This document shows, piece after piece, positions 40,998-51,579 of a stretch of 64,000 nt of DNA. The position numbers were made by a program, and so were the translations under genes. How positions within the stretch are numbered: the first letter of the stretch is position 1; every line of letters starts with the position of its first letter. The notes under the pieces are model-generated. The model worked only from the letters and a program-made list of their open reading frames with translations, did no database searches and had not been told where the DNA came from. Source of the stretch: an uncultured Acidobacteriaceae bacterium (GTDB lineage: Bacteria > Acidobacteriota > Terriglobia > Terriglobales > Acidobacteriaceae). The stretch is taken from NCBI GenBank assembly GCA_963725245.1, contig CAVRYC010000006.1, positions 3,347 through 67,346 of the forward strand, in the 5' to 3' direction.

Positions 40998-43754
40998 ATG
41001 AGTTCGAGCGAGGCTGGTCTCGTGGGACGACCGCCGAATCGTGAAGAGAAACAGACAGCACCAATGGGCTACGGCATGGACGCCATGTTCGCTCCCAGTT
41101 CGGTGGCCGTCATCGGTGCGACCAGTCGTCCTGGCACCGTAGGCCGCTCCGTTCTGGAGAACCTGCTGTCCGGTAAATTTCAGGGAAAAGTGTATGCCGT
41201 CAACGCCAAGAATCCGGAAGTGCTGGGGCTCAAAACCTACGCGAGCATTCGCGACATCCCCGGACAGGTGGATTTGGCTATCGTTGCCACCCCGGCAGTA
41301 ACGGTCCCGCAGGTCATTGGGGAGTGTGTGGATGCGGGCACCAAGGCTGCGGCTGTGATTTCCGCGGGATTCAGGGAGCGGGGCGCGGACGGCGCCGCGC
41401 TCGAGCAGCAAGTTCAAGAACAGTTGCGGCGCGGTACCATGCGCTTGCTGGGCCCAAACTGCATGGGCATCATGAACCCGACCATCGGGTTGAATGCCAC
41501 TTTCGTAAAAGATCCGCCCAAGGCGGGCAACGTCGCGTTCCTGAGTCAAAGCGGAGCGCTTTTGGTCGCGATCCTCGACTGGAGCGGCCGCGAACAAGTT
41601 GGCTTCAGCGCCATCGTTTCCACCGGCTCGATGCTCGATGTGGGCTGGGGCGATTTGATCTACTACCTGGGCGACGATCCGCACACCAAGAGCATCCTGC
41701 TCTACATGGAATCGGTGGGGGATGCGCGGTCGTTCGTGTCGGCGGCTCGTGAAGTCGCACTCACCAAGCCGATCATCGTGATTAAAGCCGGCCGCTCGGA
41801 AGCGGCCTCGCGGGCTGCGGCCTCACATACCGGCGCGCTCACGGGCAGCGACGAAGTGCTGGAGGCAGCCTTCCGCCGCTCCGGAGTGTTGCGGGTGCAC
41901 AGCATCTCGGATCTTTTCTATATGGCGGAAGTGCTCGGCCGACAGCCTCGCCCCAAGGGTCCGCGGCTTACGATTCTGACCAATGCGGGCGGCCCGGCAG
42001 TCCTGGCCACGGACGCGCTGGTAGCCAGCGGTGGAGAACTGGCCGAGCTTTCTCCGGAGACCCTCCGGCGCCTGAATGAGTTCCTGCCTGCCCACTGGAG
42101 TCACGGCAATCCTATTGATGTTCTCGCCGATACCGATTCCGAGCGCTATGCTCGCGCCCTCGAAATTGCTTCGCAAGATCCGAACAGCGATGGACTGCTG
42201 GTCATCCTTGTCCCGCAAGCCATGGCCGACCCTTTGCTGGTTGCAGAAAGCATGAAACCTTATGCCAAAGGATATGGCAAGCCCGTGCTCGCCAGTTGGA
42301 TGGGAGGCAACAGCATTGCTGCCGGCGAAGCCGTCCTGAATTCGGCGGGCATTCCAACTTTTCCTTATCCCGACACGGCGGCGCGGGCTTTCTCGCACAT
42401 GTTGCGCTACAACTACAATCTGCGCGGACTCTACGAGACTCCCGCACTTGCTGATCAGTCGGACGTGAACAGCGCATCCCGCAATCAGGTCGGGCAAATC
42501 ATTCAGAATGCGCGCAGGAAGGGCCGCGTTCTGCTCACCGAGGTGGAATCGAAGCAGTTGTTGTCGCTTTACGGCATCCCCACGGTGGAGACGCGCGCTG
42601 CGGCCAGCGAGGACGAGGCGGTCACGCTGGCTTCCGAGCTTGGCTTTCCCGTGGTGCTGAAAGTCTTTTCCGAAACCATCACCCACAAGACGGATGTTGG
42701 CGGAGTCAAACTGAACTTGCAGGATGAAGCGGCGGTCCGCTCCGCCTATCGCGCCATCGAGTCTTCGGTTGCGGAGAAAGCCGGCCCAGGGCAATTCTTG
42801 GGCGTCGTCGTGCAGCCGATGGTGAAGCTCGATGGCTACGAATTAATCCTCGGCAGCAGCGTGGACCCACAGTTTGGGCCGGTCGTCCTCTTCGGCTCCG
42901 GCGGCCAGCTGGTCGAAGTGTATCGCGACCGCGCGCTGGCGCTTCCACCACTGAACACAACGCTGGCGCAAAGATTGATGGAGCAAACCCGTATCTTCAC
43001 CGCGCTCAAGGGCGTCCGCGGCCGCAAGCCGGTCAACATGGTGGCTCTGGAGAACCTGTTGGTCCGCTTCAGCCAGCTCGTGCTCGAACGGCGGTGGATC
43101 GCGGAAATTGACATCAATCCTCTGCTGGCTTCACCGGAGCGCATACTGGCGCTCGATGCCCGAATCGTGTTGCATGGGCCCAACGTAACCCTCGACCAGT
43201 TGCCCAAGCCCGCCATCCGTCCCTATCCCTCGCAGTATGTCTCGTCCTGGACAATGCAGGATGGAACTCAGGTTAGCATTCGTCCGATCCGCCCCGAAGA
43301 CGAACCGCTGTTCGTTAAGTTTCACGAGACGCTTTCCGATCGCAGCGTCTATTTGCGCTACTTCTCCTCCCTCAGCCTGATTCGGCGGGTGGCGCATGAA
43401 CGCCTGTTGCGCATCTGTTTCGGCGATTACGACCGCGAAATGGTGCTGGTCGCCGAGAACACCGATCCCGCTACCGGAGAGCGCCGGATCATGGGCGTCG
43501 GGCGTATGAACAAGTTACACACTAGAAATGAAGCGGAGGTCGCGGCGCTGGTTTCAGATCAGTATCAACGGCGGGGTTTGGGATATGAATTACTCCGCCG
43601 TGTCGTCCAGGTTGCCCGCGATGAAAAGATAGCTTTAGTGTCCGCGGAAATGTTGCCCGACAACGTAGCGATGCGAGCCGTCTTTAAGCGCCTGGGCTTT
43701 CAAATTCGCATGGATGAAGATCTAACTTCGCTGCGGGCGACCTTGGACCTGTAA
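40998..43754 (+). CDS. Pat/PatZ-type protein acetyltransferase (ADP-forming acetyl-CoA synthetase-like domains fused to a C-terminal GNAT)
   Basis: Intact 918-aa ORF. CoA-binding [15 protein letters not shown]; succinyl-CoA-synthetase-like GPNCMGI; ATP-grasp region; [19 protein letters not shown]. Start may be the Met at 41064. Confidence 0.8.
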   Translation: MSSSEAGLVGRPPNREEKQTAPMGYGMDAMFAPSSVAVIGATSRPGTVGRSVLENLLSGKFQGKVYAVNAKNPEVLGLKTYASIRDIPGQVDLAIVATPAVTVPQVIGECVDAGTKAAAVISAGFRERGADGAALEQQVQEQLRRGTMRLLGPNCMGIMNPTIGLNATFVKDPPKAGNVAFLSQSGALLVAILDWSGREQVGFSAIVSTGSMLDVGWGDLIYYLGDDPHTKSILLYMESVGDARSFVSAAREVALTKPIIVIKAGRSEAASRAAASHTGALTGSDEVLEAAFRRSGVLRVHSISDLFYMAEVLGRQPRPKGPRLTILTNAGGPAVLATDALVASGGELAELSPETLRRLNEFLPAHWSHGNPIDVLADTDSERYARALEIASQDPNSDGLLVILVPQAMADPLLVAESMKPYAKGYGKPVLASWMGGNSIAAGEAVLNSAGIPTFPYPDTAARAFSHMLRYNYNLRGLYETPALADQSDVNSASRNQVGQIIQNARRKGRVLLTEVESKQLLSLYGIPTVETRAAASEDEAVTLASELGFPVVLKVFSETITHKTDVGGVKLNLQDEAAVRSAYRAIESSVAEKAGPGQFLGVVVQPMVKLDGYELILGSSVDPQFGPVVLFGSGGQLVEVYRDRALALPPLNTTLAQRLMEQTRIFTALKGVRGRKPVNMVALENLLVRFSQLVLERRWIAEIDINPLLASPERILALDARIVLHGPNVTLDQLPKPAIRPYPSQYVSSWTMQDGTQVSIRPIRPEDEPLFVKFHETLSDRSVYLRYFSSLSLIRRVAHERLLRICFGDYDREMVLVAENTDPATGERRIMGVGRMNKLHTRNEAEVAALVSDQYQRRGLGYELLRRVVQVARDEKIALVSAEMLPDNVAMRAVFKRLGFQIRMDEDLTSLRATLDL

Positions 43755-43797
43755 CCGTCTTCGCAAAACACTTTTCGCAAAACAAATGGAGACATTA

Positions 43798-43884
43798 ATG
43801 GGCAAGGTGCCCTGGCACGTCACGATGTCGCTGGACGGCTTCATCGCCGGGCCCAACGATGCGATGGACTGGGTGTTGGAGGTC
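43798..43884 (+). pseudogene. 5' fragment of a second RibD_C/dihydrofolate-reductase-family gene
   Basis: RBS ggagacattaATG. MGKVPWHVTMSLDGFIAGPNDAMDWV resembles the N-terminus of the 31030-31554 protein. Similarity then stops and GC drops. Confidence 0.5.
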
Positions 43885-44009
43885 TTTGTAGTCCTTAGGT
43901 CATTGGATTTCCCGAACCGCGAAAACTACCGTTACTATAGTCAGTTGCGGCGGTAGTAAAGCGTTAAGCTTGCCCTCTCCGCAACCGTAGAGTACGCTAT
44001 AGCTTCTAT

Positions 44010-44219
44010 ATGAGCGGTGAAACTATGAGCAGCGATCTTCGGTTTGAAGCACTGAAATCGGCCCCTCTCGATAGTTGGGTGGCCCTGTCCGAGGATGAGA
44101 GCAAAATAGTCGCTATTGGAAACTCCTACTCTGAAGTTGTAAGCAAAAGTGAAAGTGCCGGAGTGTCAGACCCGGTTCTCATAAAGACACCCAAAGTTTG
44201 GCTTCCAATGTCTGTGTGA
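44010..44219 (+). CDS. small DUF5678-like protein (69 aa)
   Basis: LDSWVALSEDESKIVAIGNSYSEVVSKSESAGVSDPVLIKTPKVW matches the pattern I recall for DUF5678 (..WVA..d.kVva.g.....v......g...P.i.k.P). The stop overlaps a GTG start (GTGA). Confidence 0.5.
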   Translation: MSGETMSSDLRFEALKSAPLDSWVALSEDESKIVAIGNSYSEVVSKSESAGVSDPVLIKTPKVWLPMSV

Positions 44220-44244
44220 GTCTCAAGATTCCATATAGGAAATA

Positions 44245-45684
44245 GACGTTGCCCGGAATTCCGTTGAAAGTTAGCGACTCTCGACCGTCATAGGCTACGC
44301 AACCTTCACTGCCTCGGCAACAGCCTTCTTCGAAACCGCGTTCGCCAGCGCAGTCAAGAGCGACGGAATCTCCCGATAGCCCTGCACCTTGTGGAACTGG
44401 CGCTCGGCCAGCAGCAGGCCGGAACCGACCCAACGCTCGATGTGGTCTCCCGCACGCCATCGTTTTACGTTGCGGCAAACCGTCTCCACGATGGAGAAGG
44501 CCGACTCGATCACGTTCGTGCTCGCCAGCGTGCGACGCAACTGGGCCGGCACCCGCAGACGATGAATCGTGATCGTCTCTTCCATGCCTTCCTCCAGGCT
44601 GCGGGCGGCGCTTGGATTCAGCTCCATCAGTTCGCGATGCAGCCGTTCCAGCGCACGCTTGGCATCGGCGTATTCGGTCATGGCGTAGGCGTTCTGCAGC
44701 TTCTTCTTGACCGCCGACTTATGTTCTTCGGGTAGGTGGTCCACCACGTTGCGCCGTTTGTGCACCTGGCAACGCTGGATGAAAGCCGCCTCGCCGGCAT
44801 GACGGCGCACCGCCGCCGCCAACGCCTTGCCTCCGTCCAGCACGTACAGCCGAGGCACGCTGAAGTCCAGCCCGCGCGAGGACAGATCGCCGAGTAACTC
44901 ACTGACCACTGCGGCATTCTCGGTCGCTCCTTCCCGCAAGCCCAACACGATTTTGCGCCCGTCCGTGCTGATGCCCAAGGCAACGATCATCTGCCGATCC
45001 CGGAACGGCGTGCCGTCGATCAGCACCGCACACAGTCGCAACTCGCCCAGCGGCCGCTCCATCAACTCCTGCAACTTCTCCCGGCTGGAGGCGATGAAGT
45101 TGTCGCTCACCGCCGACTTTTCCACCCCGTAGGCTTGGTGAAAGTCTTTCACCACCGCTCCATAGTTGCGCGTCGACAGCCCGCGCATCATCTTGTCCCA
45201 TACCGCGTGTTCCATCGGTCCACTGCGCTGGAACAGTTCGTAACTGCCCAGCCGTTGCTCGCGATTGTCCTGGCTGCGCAAACGGCTTCTCCGAATCGGC
45301 ACCTTCTGCCCGTCCACCACGCAGTAACCGTTTTCTTTTCCCCAGCGATGAGCGCGACGCTCGGGGTGCTGTTGATGACGCTCTCCGGCCAGGTGCCGAA
45401 CTTCCTCCTCCATGACCAAGTTCATCAACGCCAATCCGGCCTCGCGCAGCAGGTGGCCGACTCCTTCTTGCAGAAGTCCCACGACCTCGGCCATGGGAAA
45501 GATCATCTGGATGCTGGGGTTCTCTTCGCGGGCCAACTGGCGGAACTGTTGCACCGCGCGTTGTTGGTCGATCTGGTATCGTCTCCTCATAGCGACTCTC
45601 TCCTTTTTCTTGGCAGAAAAACTACCCTCGGTCATTATGACCGGGGTTGAGAGTCGCTACTTTCTACGAACTAACGGGCATCCT
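44245..45684 (-). mobile_element. IS256-family insertion sequence (1440 bp) with ~40-bp imperfect terminal inverted repeats and a 9-bp target site duplication
   Basis: TSD TAGGAAATA at 44236-44244 and 45685-45693. Left end GACGTTGCCCGGAATTCCGTTGAAAGTTAGCGACTCTCGACC. Reverse complement of right end AGGATGCCCGTTAGTTCGTAGAAAGTAGCGACTCTCAACC. Confidence 0.9.
44295..45635 (-). CDS. IS256-family transposase
   Basis: Intact 446-aa ORF. CAVLIDGTPF, YVLDGGKALAAAV, IQRCQVHKRRNV, STNVIESAFS. Typical of the Transposase_mut family. Confidence 0.9.
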   Translation of the reverse strand: MTEGSFSAKKKERVAMRRRYQIDQQRAVQQFRQLAREENPSIQMIFPMAEVVGLLQEGVGHLLREAGLALMNLVMEEEVRHLAGERHQQHPERRAHRWGKENGYCVVDGQKVPIRRSRLRSQDNREQRLGSYELFQRSGPMEHAVWDKMMRGLSTRNYGAVVKDFHQAYGVEKSAVSDNFIASSREKLQELMERPLGELRLCAVLIDGTPFRDRQMIVALGISTDGRKIVLGLREGATENAAVVSELLGDLSSRGLDFSVPRLYVLDGGKALAAAVRRHAGEAAFIQRCQVHKRRNVVDHLPEEHKSAVKKKLQNAYAMTEYADAKRALERLHRELMELNPSAARSLEEGMEETITIHRLRVPAQLRRTLASTNVIESAFSIVETVCRNVKRWRAGDHIERWVGSGLLLAERQFHKVQGYREIPSLLTALANAVSKKAVAEAVKVA

Positions 45685-46168
45685 TAGGAAATACCCGGCC
45701 CCTAATGCTCCCAGCGGGTTCTGCTATGCCGCATCGGTGCCGGTCAATATCGCCCTTCCTGCAAAGAATGCCCCACGTTCAAAACGGTTTGACGCAATCA
45801 TAGACTCTGGAGCATCGGCGTGCCTTTTCCATGCTTCAATAGGTCGCGCTATTGGACTGGATATTGAAAAAGGGACAAAGGATCAGGCTTTGGGTATCAC
45901 TGGGGCGGAGGATATTTTTCTTCACGAGATCACGCTGTACATTCCCGGAGGCCCCATTAAGACTGTTGCTGGGTTTTCTGACAGTTTGAGCATTGCGGGA
46001 CTGCTTGGAATGGCGGGCTTCTTTGAACACTTCAAGATCCTATTCGATCCGACTGCGCTCCAAGTGGAACTCGAACGCCTCTATCACGCTTAGGATTTAA
46101 AATATGCCTAGCAGACTTTCTTGAATCACTTGCATGAAGTGCATGCTTCCGACCAGCGTTTTCACGAG

Positions 46169-46184
46169 TGTGACCAGAGTCACA
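46169..46184. promoter_or_regulatory. perfect palindrome TGTGACCAGAGTCACA (CRP/FNR-type box)
   Basis: 6-bp arms TGTGAC / GTCACA. About 280 bp upstream of the PFOR start. Confidence 0.5.
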
Positions 46185-46336
46185 GAAAGCAAAATCGGCG
46201 CTATTTAAGATTGCCCAAGGACGCGGAGCGATAGGCTGGGCTCGCACCCTCGCCTTTTGGTTGAGGTTTTAGCCCGAGGTAACGAAGAAAAGGCAGCTTG
46301 ATGTTTCCCGTCCGGCCGCTCCTTATTCTTCTCATT

Positions 46337-46352
46337 TGTGACGTAAATCACA
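46337..46352. promoter_or_regulatory. perfect TGTGA-N6-TCACA box (TGTGACGTAAATCACA) upstream of PFOR
   Basis: Centre about 114 bp upstream of the ATG at 46459. Confidence 0.55.
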
Positions 46353-46458
46353 CGTCGCTGTGAGCAGCGTTCCCGACAATATCACCTTATTCCGTCATGC
46401 TTTACCTAACCATTTCCTCAGAACGAGCGGGGTTACAGAGAAAGCAGAAGGGGATTTC

Positions 46459-49400
46459 ATGAAGCGTAAATTCAAGACCATGGACGGCAACGAGGCAGTG
46501 GCCTATGTCGCCTACCGCCTCAATGAGGTCATCGCCATTTATCCCATCACCCCCTCGTCGAACATGGGCGAATGGGCGGACCAATGGGCGTCGGAAGAGG
46601 TGCCCAACATCTGGGGCAGCGTGCCCCACGTGATCGAAATGCAGAGCGAAGGCGGAGCTTCCGGCGCGGTTCATGGCGCGCTCCAGACCGGGGCCCTGTC
46701 CACGACCTTCACGGCGTCGCAAGGCCTGCTGCTGATGATCCCCAACATGAACAAGATCGCCGGCGAACTTACGGCTACGGCATTCCACGTCAGCGCGCGC
46801 ACGGTGGCAACCCACGCCCTCTCGATTTTCGGCGATCACTCGGATGTGATGTTCTGCAGAACTACGGGGTTCGCGATGCTCTCGTCGAACTCGGTCCAGG
46901 AGGCAATGGACCTGGCGCTCATCGCGCATGCGGCCACTCTCGAAACCCGCATCCCTTTCCTGCATTTCTTTGACGGCTTCCGCACTTCGCATGAAGTCAA
47001 CAAGATCGAGATGCTCACCGAAGACGACATGCACGCCCTCATCAACATGGATCGCGTCGTCGAACATCGGCAGCGGGCGCTTTCTCCGGACCATCCCGTG
47101 TTGCGCGGCACCGCGCAAAATCCCGACGTCTACTTTCAGGCGCGCGAAGCCTGCAATCCTTACTACGACGCCTGTCCGGACAAGGTCCAGGCGGTGATGG
47201 ATAAGTTTTCCCAGGTGGTGGGGCGTTCCTATCACCTCTTCGATTACGTGGGCGCGCCCGATGCCGAGCGCGTGATCGTCATGATGGGCTCCGGCGCAGA
47301 GACCGCCCACGAGACGGTTGATTATCTGAACCAGCACGGCGAGAAAGTTGGCCTGCTGAAAGTCCGGCTGTACCGCCCGTTCTCCGTCAAGCGATTCCTC
47401 GAAGCTCTTCCGCCAACCGTGCGCCAGATCGCCGTTCTCGATCGCACCAAGGAAGCTGGCGCCGGGAGAGAGCCGCTCTATCTTGACGTCGTCAGCGCGA
47501 TTCACGAAGGAATCAGGCTGGGCTATGGAACGCTGAAGGTCGCGCCGGAAATCGTCGGTGGACGTTACGGTCTCTCTTCGAAAGAATTCACGCCCGCGAT
47601 GGTCAAAGCCGTTTACGACAACCTGGCGAAGCCAAGTTCAAAGATGAAAGACCACTTCACCGTCGGCATTCAAGACGACGTGAGCCATAGCAGCCTGGAT
47701 TACGATTCCGATTTTTCCGTCGAGCCCGAGAGCGTGGTGCGCGCCATGTTCTACGGCCTGGGCGCGGATGGCACGGTGGGCGCGAACAAGAACTCGATCA
47801 AGATCATCGGCGAAAACACCGACAACTACGGGCAGGGATACTTCGTCTACGACTCCAAGAAGTCGGGCGCGATGACGGTTTCGCACCTGCGTTTCGGGCC
47901 GCAGCCGATCCGCTCCAGCTACCTGATTTCGAAGGCCAACTTCGTGGCCTGCCATCAATGGATTTTCCTCGAGCGCTACGACATGCTCAGCGCCCTGGTT
48001 TCCGGTGGCGTTTTCCTGCTCAATAGCCCTTTTAATAAGGACGAAGTTTGGGACCATCTGCCGCGCGAAGTCCAGACGCAATTGATCGCGCAAGAAGGCC
48101 CGGTTTTTCATCATCGACGCCTATCAGGTGGCGAGCGATACCGGCATGGGCTCGCGCATGAATACCATTCTGCAGACTTGCTTCTTCGCCATCTCCAAGG
48201 TTCTGCCTGGCGAACAGGCCATTGAAGCCATTCGCAAGTCGATCCGCGACACCTACGGCAAGAAAGGTGACGAGGTCGTGCAGCAGAACCTGCACGCCGT
48301 GGATGAAACGCTGTCCCACCTTTTTGAAGTCAGCGTACCCGACAAGGTCACGAGCCACGCCGAAATGCCGCCGGCGTTCTCTCCGCAGGCGCCGCAGTTT
48401 GAGCGCGATGTGCTCGGCGTAATCTACGCCGGCCACGGCGACGAGATCCCCGTGAGCGCTTTCCCCGTCGATGGAACCTTCCCCACCGGCACCGCCAAAT
48501 GGGAAAAGCGCAACATCGCGCTCGAAATTCCGGCGTGGGATACGAAGATCTGTATTCAGTGCGGCAAGTGCGCCATGGTCTGCCCGCACGCCGTGATCCG
48601 CATCAAGGTCTACGACTCCAAGCAACTGGAGGGCGCGCCCGCGACCTTCAAATCTACCGAGGTGCGCGACAAGGACAAAGACTGGCAGGGCCTGAAGTAC
48701 ACCATCCAGGTTGCGCCCGAAGATTGCACCGGATGCGGCATCTGCGTCGACATCTGTCCCGCAAAGAACAAGAGCGAGACTCGCCTGAAAGCGATCAACA
48801 TGGTGCCGCAGCCGCCGCTGCGCGAGCCGGAGCGGGAGAACTGGGACTTCTTCCTCAAGATTCCAGAGCTCGATCGCCGGAAGATCAAGAGCACAAGTAT
48901 CCGCCAGCAACAGATACAGGAGCCTTTATTTGAATTTTCGGGAGCTTGTTCCGGGTGCGGCGAGACGCCCTATCTGAAGCTGCTTTCCCAACTCTTCGGA
49001 GATCGTTCCGTGATCGCCAATGCGACCGGCTGCTCTTCGATCTACGGCGGCAACCTGCCGACCACGCCTTGGGCCAAGAATCTCGACGGCCGCGGACCGG
49101 CTTGGTCGAATTCCCTGTTTGAAGACAATGCCGAGTTCGGCCTGGGATTCAGGCTCTCCATCGACAAGCAGGCCGAATTCGCCCGCGAGTTAGTTCGCCG
49201 TCAGTCTGCGTCCATCGGAGACGAACTGGTCACCGCTCTGCTGGAGAGTCCGCAAAAAGACGAGGCGGACATTTACGAGCAGCGGCAGCGCGTCGAACTG
49301 CTGAAGGAAAAGCTGAAGGGTCAGGACTCCCCGGATGCCAAGCAACTGCTGGCGCTCGCCGACATGCTGGTGAAAAAGAGCGTTTGGATCGTCGGCGGCG

Positions 49401-50063
49401 ACGGCTGGGCTTATGACATTGGCTACGGCGGCCTCGATCATGTGATCGCCAGCGGCCGCAACGTGAACCTGCTGGTGCTCGACACCGAGGTTTATTCGAA
49501 CACCGGAGGCCAAGCCTCGAAATCCACCCCCCGCGCAGCAGTGGCAAAGTTCGCGGCGGGAGGCAAGCCGGGCCTAAAGAAAGACCTCGGGCTGATGGCC
49601 ATGGCCTACGGCAATGTTTATGTGGCCAGCGTCGCCATGGGCGCCAAGGACGAGCACACGCTCAAGGCCTTCCTGGAAGCGGAAGCCTACGACGGCCCCA
49701 GCCTCATCATCGCTTACTCGCACTGCATCGCGCACGGCATCGACATGACGACGGCAATGTCGGACCAGAGAGTCGCGGTCGATTCGGGACAGTGGCTGCT
49801 CTATCGCTACCATCCGGAGCGCGCCCTCGCTGGCGAGAATCCGTTGATACTCGATTCCCGCACCCCCACGCGCAAAGTCAAAGACTATCTGCAGCAGCAG
49901 ACGCGCTTCAAGATGCTGCCAGAAGAGCAATCCTGAACACGCCAAACTTCTGTGGCAGGAGGCGCAGCAGGATGCTGAGGCGCGCTATCGCCTGTACGAG
50001 TATATGGCGCAGCGCAAACCACACAGGCTGCGGCTCTCGCGGAAGTGGTCCAGATACCAGTGA
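46459..50063 (+). CDS. nifJ: pyruvate:ferredoxin (flavodoxin) oxidoreductase, single-polypeptide NifJ/PFOR type, 2 or more apparent frameshifts (~48090, ~49920); 3' end uncertain
   Basis: RBS agaaggggatttcATG. MDGNEAVAYVAY..IYPITPSS; two ferredoxin motifs CIQCGKCAMVCP and CTGCGICVDICP; TPP region GGDGWAYDIGYGGLDH. Confidence 0.9.
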
Positions 50064-50134
50064 TTACGGGAAAATAGCGGCTCGCACCAAAGCGACTAAT
50101 CCAAAGCGACTTACATCTCGAAGAGGGAAACATC

Positions 50135-51163
50135 ATGGATCTAAGCACGAAATATCTTGGCCTGCAGTTGCGCACGCCGCTGGTCGCCTCCGCATCTCCG
50201 CTTTCGCAGGAAATCGACGGGATCCGCGCCCTCGAAGATGCCGGCGCCTCGGCCGTCGTCCTCTACTCCCTGTTCGAAGAACAACTGCGTCAGGAAGCCC
50301 TTGAGCTGGAACGCGATCTCAACGCCGGCACGGAGAGCTTTGCCGAATCGCTTACTTACTTTCCCCAAGCCGGCGAATACCACCTCGGCCCCGAGGGCTA
50401 TCTGAATCACATTCGCAAGGCCAAGGAAGCGGTGAAGATTCCGATTATCGCCAGCCTCAACGGTGCGACCCTGGGTGGTTGGACCAAGTATGCCAAGCAG
50501 ATCGAGCAAGCCGGAGCCGACGCCATCGAGTGCAATATCTACTTCATTCCAACAGATATGGCCCTCTCCGGTTCCGACGCAGAGATGCTCTACACCGACA
50601 TTCTCCGGGAGGTAAAGACTTCGGTTCGCATTCCAGTGGCCGTCAAGCTCAGTCCATTTTTCAGCAATTTGGCCAATATGGCAAAGCAGTTGGACCAGGT
50701 GGGCGCAGACGCCCTAGTGCTGTTCAACCGCTTCTATCAGCCCGATATCGACTTGGAAGAATTAGAAATTAAACCCAACGTGCTGCTCAGCGGCCCCCAG
50801 GATTTACGGCTGCCTCTGACCTGGATCGGCATTCTTTATGGCCGCATACGGGCCAACCTGGCGGCGACCAGCGGTGTGCATGGGCCCCAGGACGTAATCA
50901 AGCTGCTCATGGTCGGCGCCGATGTGACCATGATGTGCTCGGCTTTGTTGCGCCATGGGGTCGGGCTTCTTCGTTCCGTAGAACTAGGCGTTCGGGAGTG
51001 GATGGAAGCTCACGAATATGAATCCGTGCACCAGATGCAAGGCAGCATGAGCCAGCTCCGCTGCCCCGATCCGGGAGCCTTCGAGCGCGCCCAATACATG
51101 CGAGCCGTCAAGGGTCTGGAGCACGTGCTGCTACCTGGACGAGAGTCATTGAAGGTCTCGTGA
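50135..51163 (+). CDS. dihydroorotate dehydrogenase-like protein (TIM-barrel flavoprotein family)
   Basis: Intact 342-aa ORF. LRTPLVASASPLS, IIASLNG, AIECNIYF, PVAVKLSPFF, VLFNRFYQPDIDLE, AATSGVH. Confidence 0.7.
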   Translation: MDLSTKYLGLQLRTPLVASASPLSQEIDGIRALEDAGASAVVLYSLFEEQLRQEALELERDLNAGTESFAESLTYFPQAGEYHLGPEGYLNHIRKAKEAVKIPIIASLNGATLGGWTKYAKQIEQAGADAIECNIYFIPTDMALSGSDAEMLYTDILREVKTSVRIPVAVKLSPFFSNLANMAKQLDQVGADALVLFNRFYQPDIDLEELEIKPNVLLSGPQDLRLPLTWIGILYGRIRANLAATSGVHGPQDVIKLLMVGADVTMMCSALLRHGVGLLRSVELGVREWMEAHEYESVHQMQGSMSQLRCPDPGAFERAQYMRAVKGLEHVLLPGRESLKVS

Positions 51164-51194
51164 GCGGCGAATAGACGACGCGTTCTAGCAGCCC

Positions 51195-51300
51195 GTGGCG
51201 CAAGTCCGATTCCCCGCGGCGCAAGTCCGATTCGTATCAGGGCACGACTTCAGGCGTGCCGCAAGTGCCATGTTATGAATGCGCCTTTAGGCGCTGGCTC
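51195..51300. repeat. tandem ~21-bp repeat (g.ggcgcaagtccgattc x2) running into a third copy of two-hairpin module Y
   Basis: attcgtatcagggcacgacttcaggcgtgccgcaagtgccatgttatgaatgcgcctttaggcgc. Confidence 0.8.
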
Positions 51301-51412
51301 TTGGCGCCAGAGTTTCACCACCGGCTGCTAGCGGTCCACAATATTGCGCAATCACTCCCTGGCTATCTGACCAAGCGCATTTGAGCACCTCTGGCGAGTG
51401 GCATGGATTTGA

Positions 51413-51450
51413 TGTGACGCGCCTCACTGCGACTTGTGCGTAAGATCACC
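51413..51450. promoter_or_regulatory. two near-consensus CRP/FNR-type boxes upstream of the CoA-transferase gene
   Basis: TGTGACGCGCCTCACT (51413-51428) and TGTGCGTAAGATCACC (51435-51450). Confidence 0.4.
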
Positions 51451-51579
51451 GCCGCAAAACCGAGAGGCGTTTCTAATGGAATGTAATAGATGCGAGGCGG
51501 TCGCTGTGACAGGGATTTCGCCCTGCGATGAGTCCGGTGCTGTGGGGCTGTTGGGTAGCCCGGGCAAGGGGGAAAACTG

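Larger units (their letters stand above)
44216..46093 (+). pseudogene. retropepsin-like aspartic protease gene interrupted after codon 9 by IS256
   Basis: GTG 44216: VSLKIPYRK | IS | YPAPNAPSGFCYAASVPVNIALP..RFDAIIDSGASACLF..GLLGMAGF. D(S/T)G active-site motif. Removing 44245-45693 restores one ORF. Confidence 0.75.
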
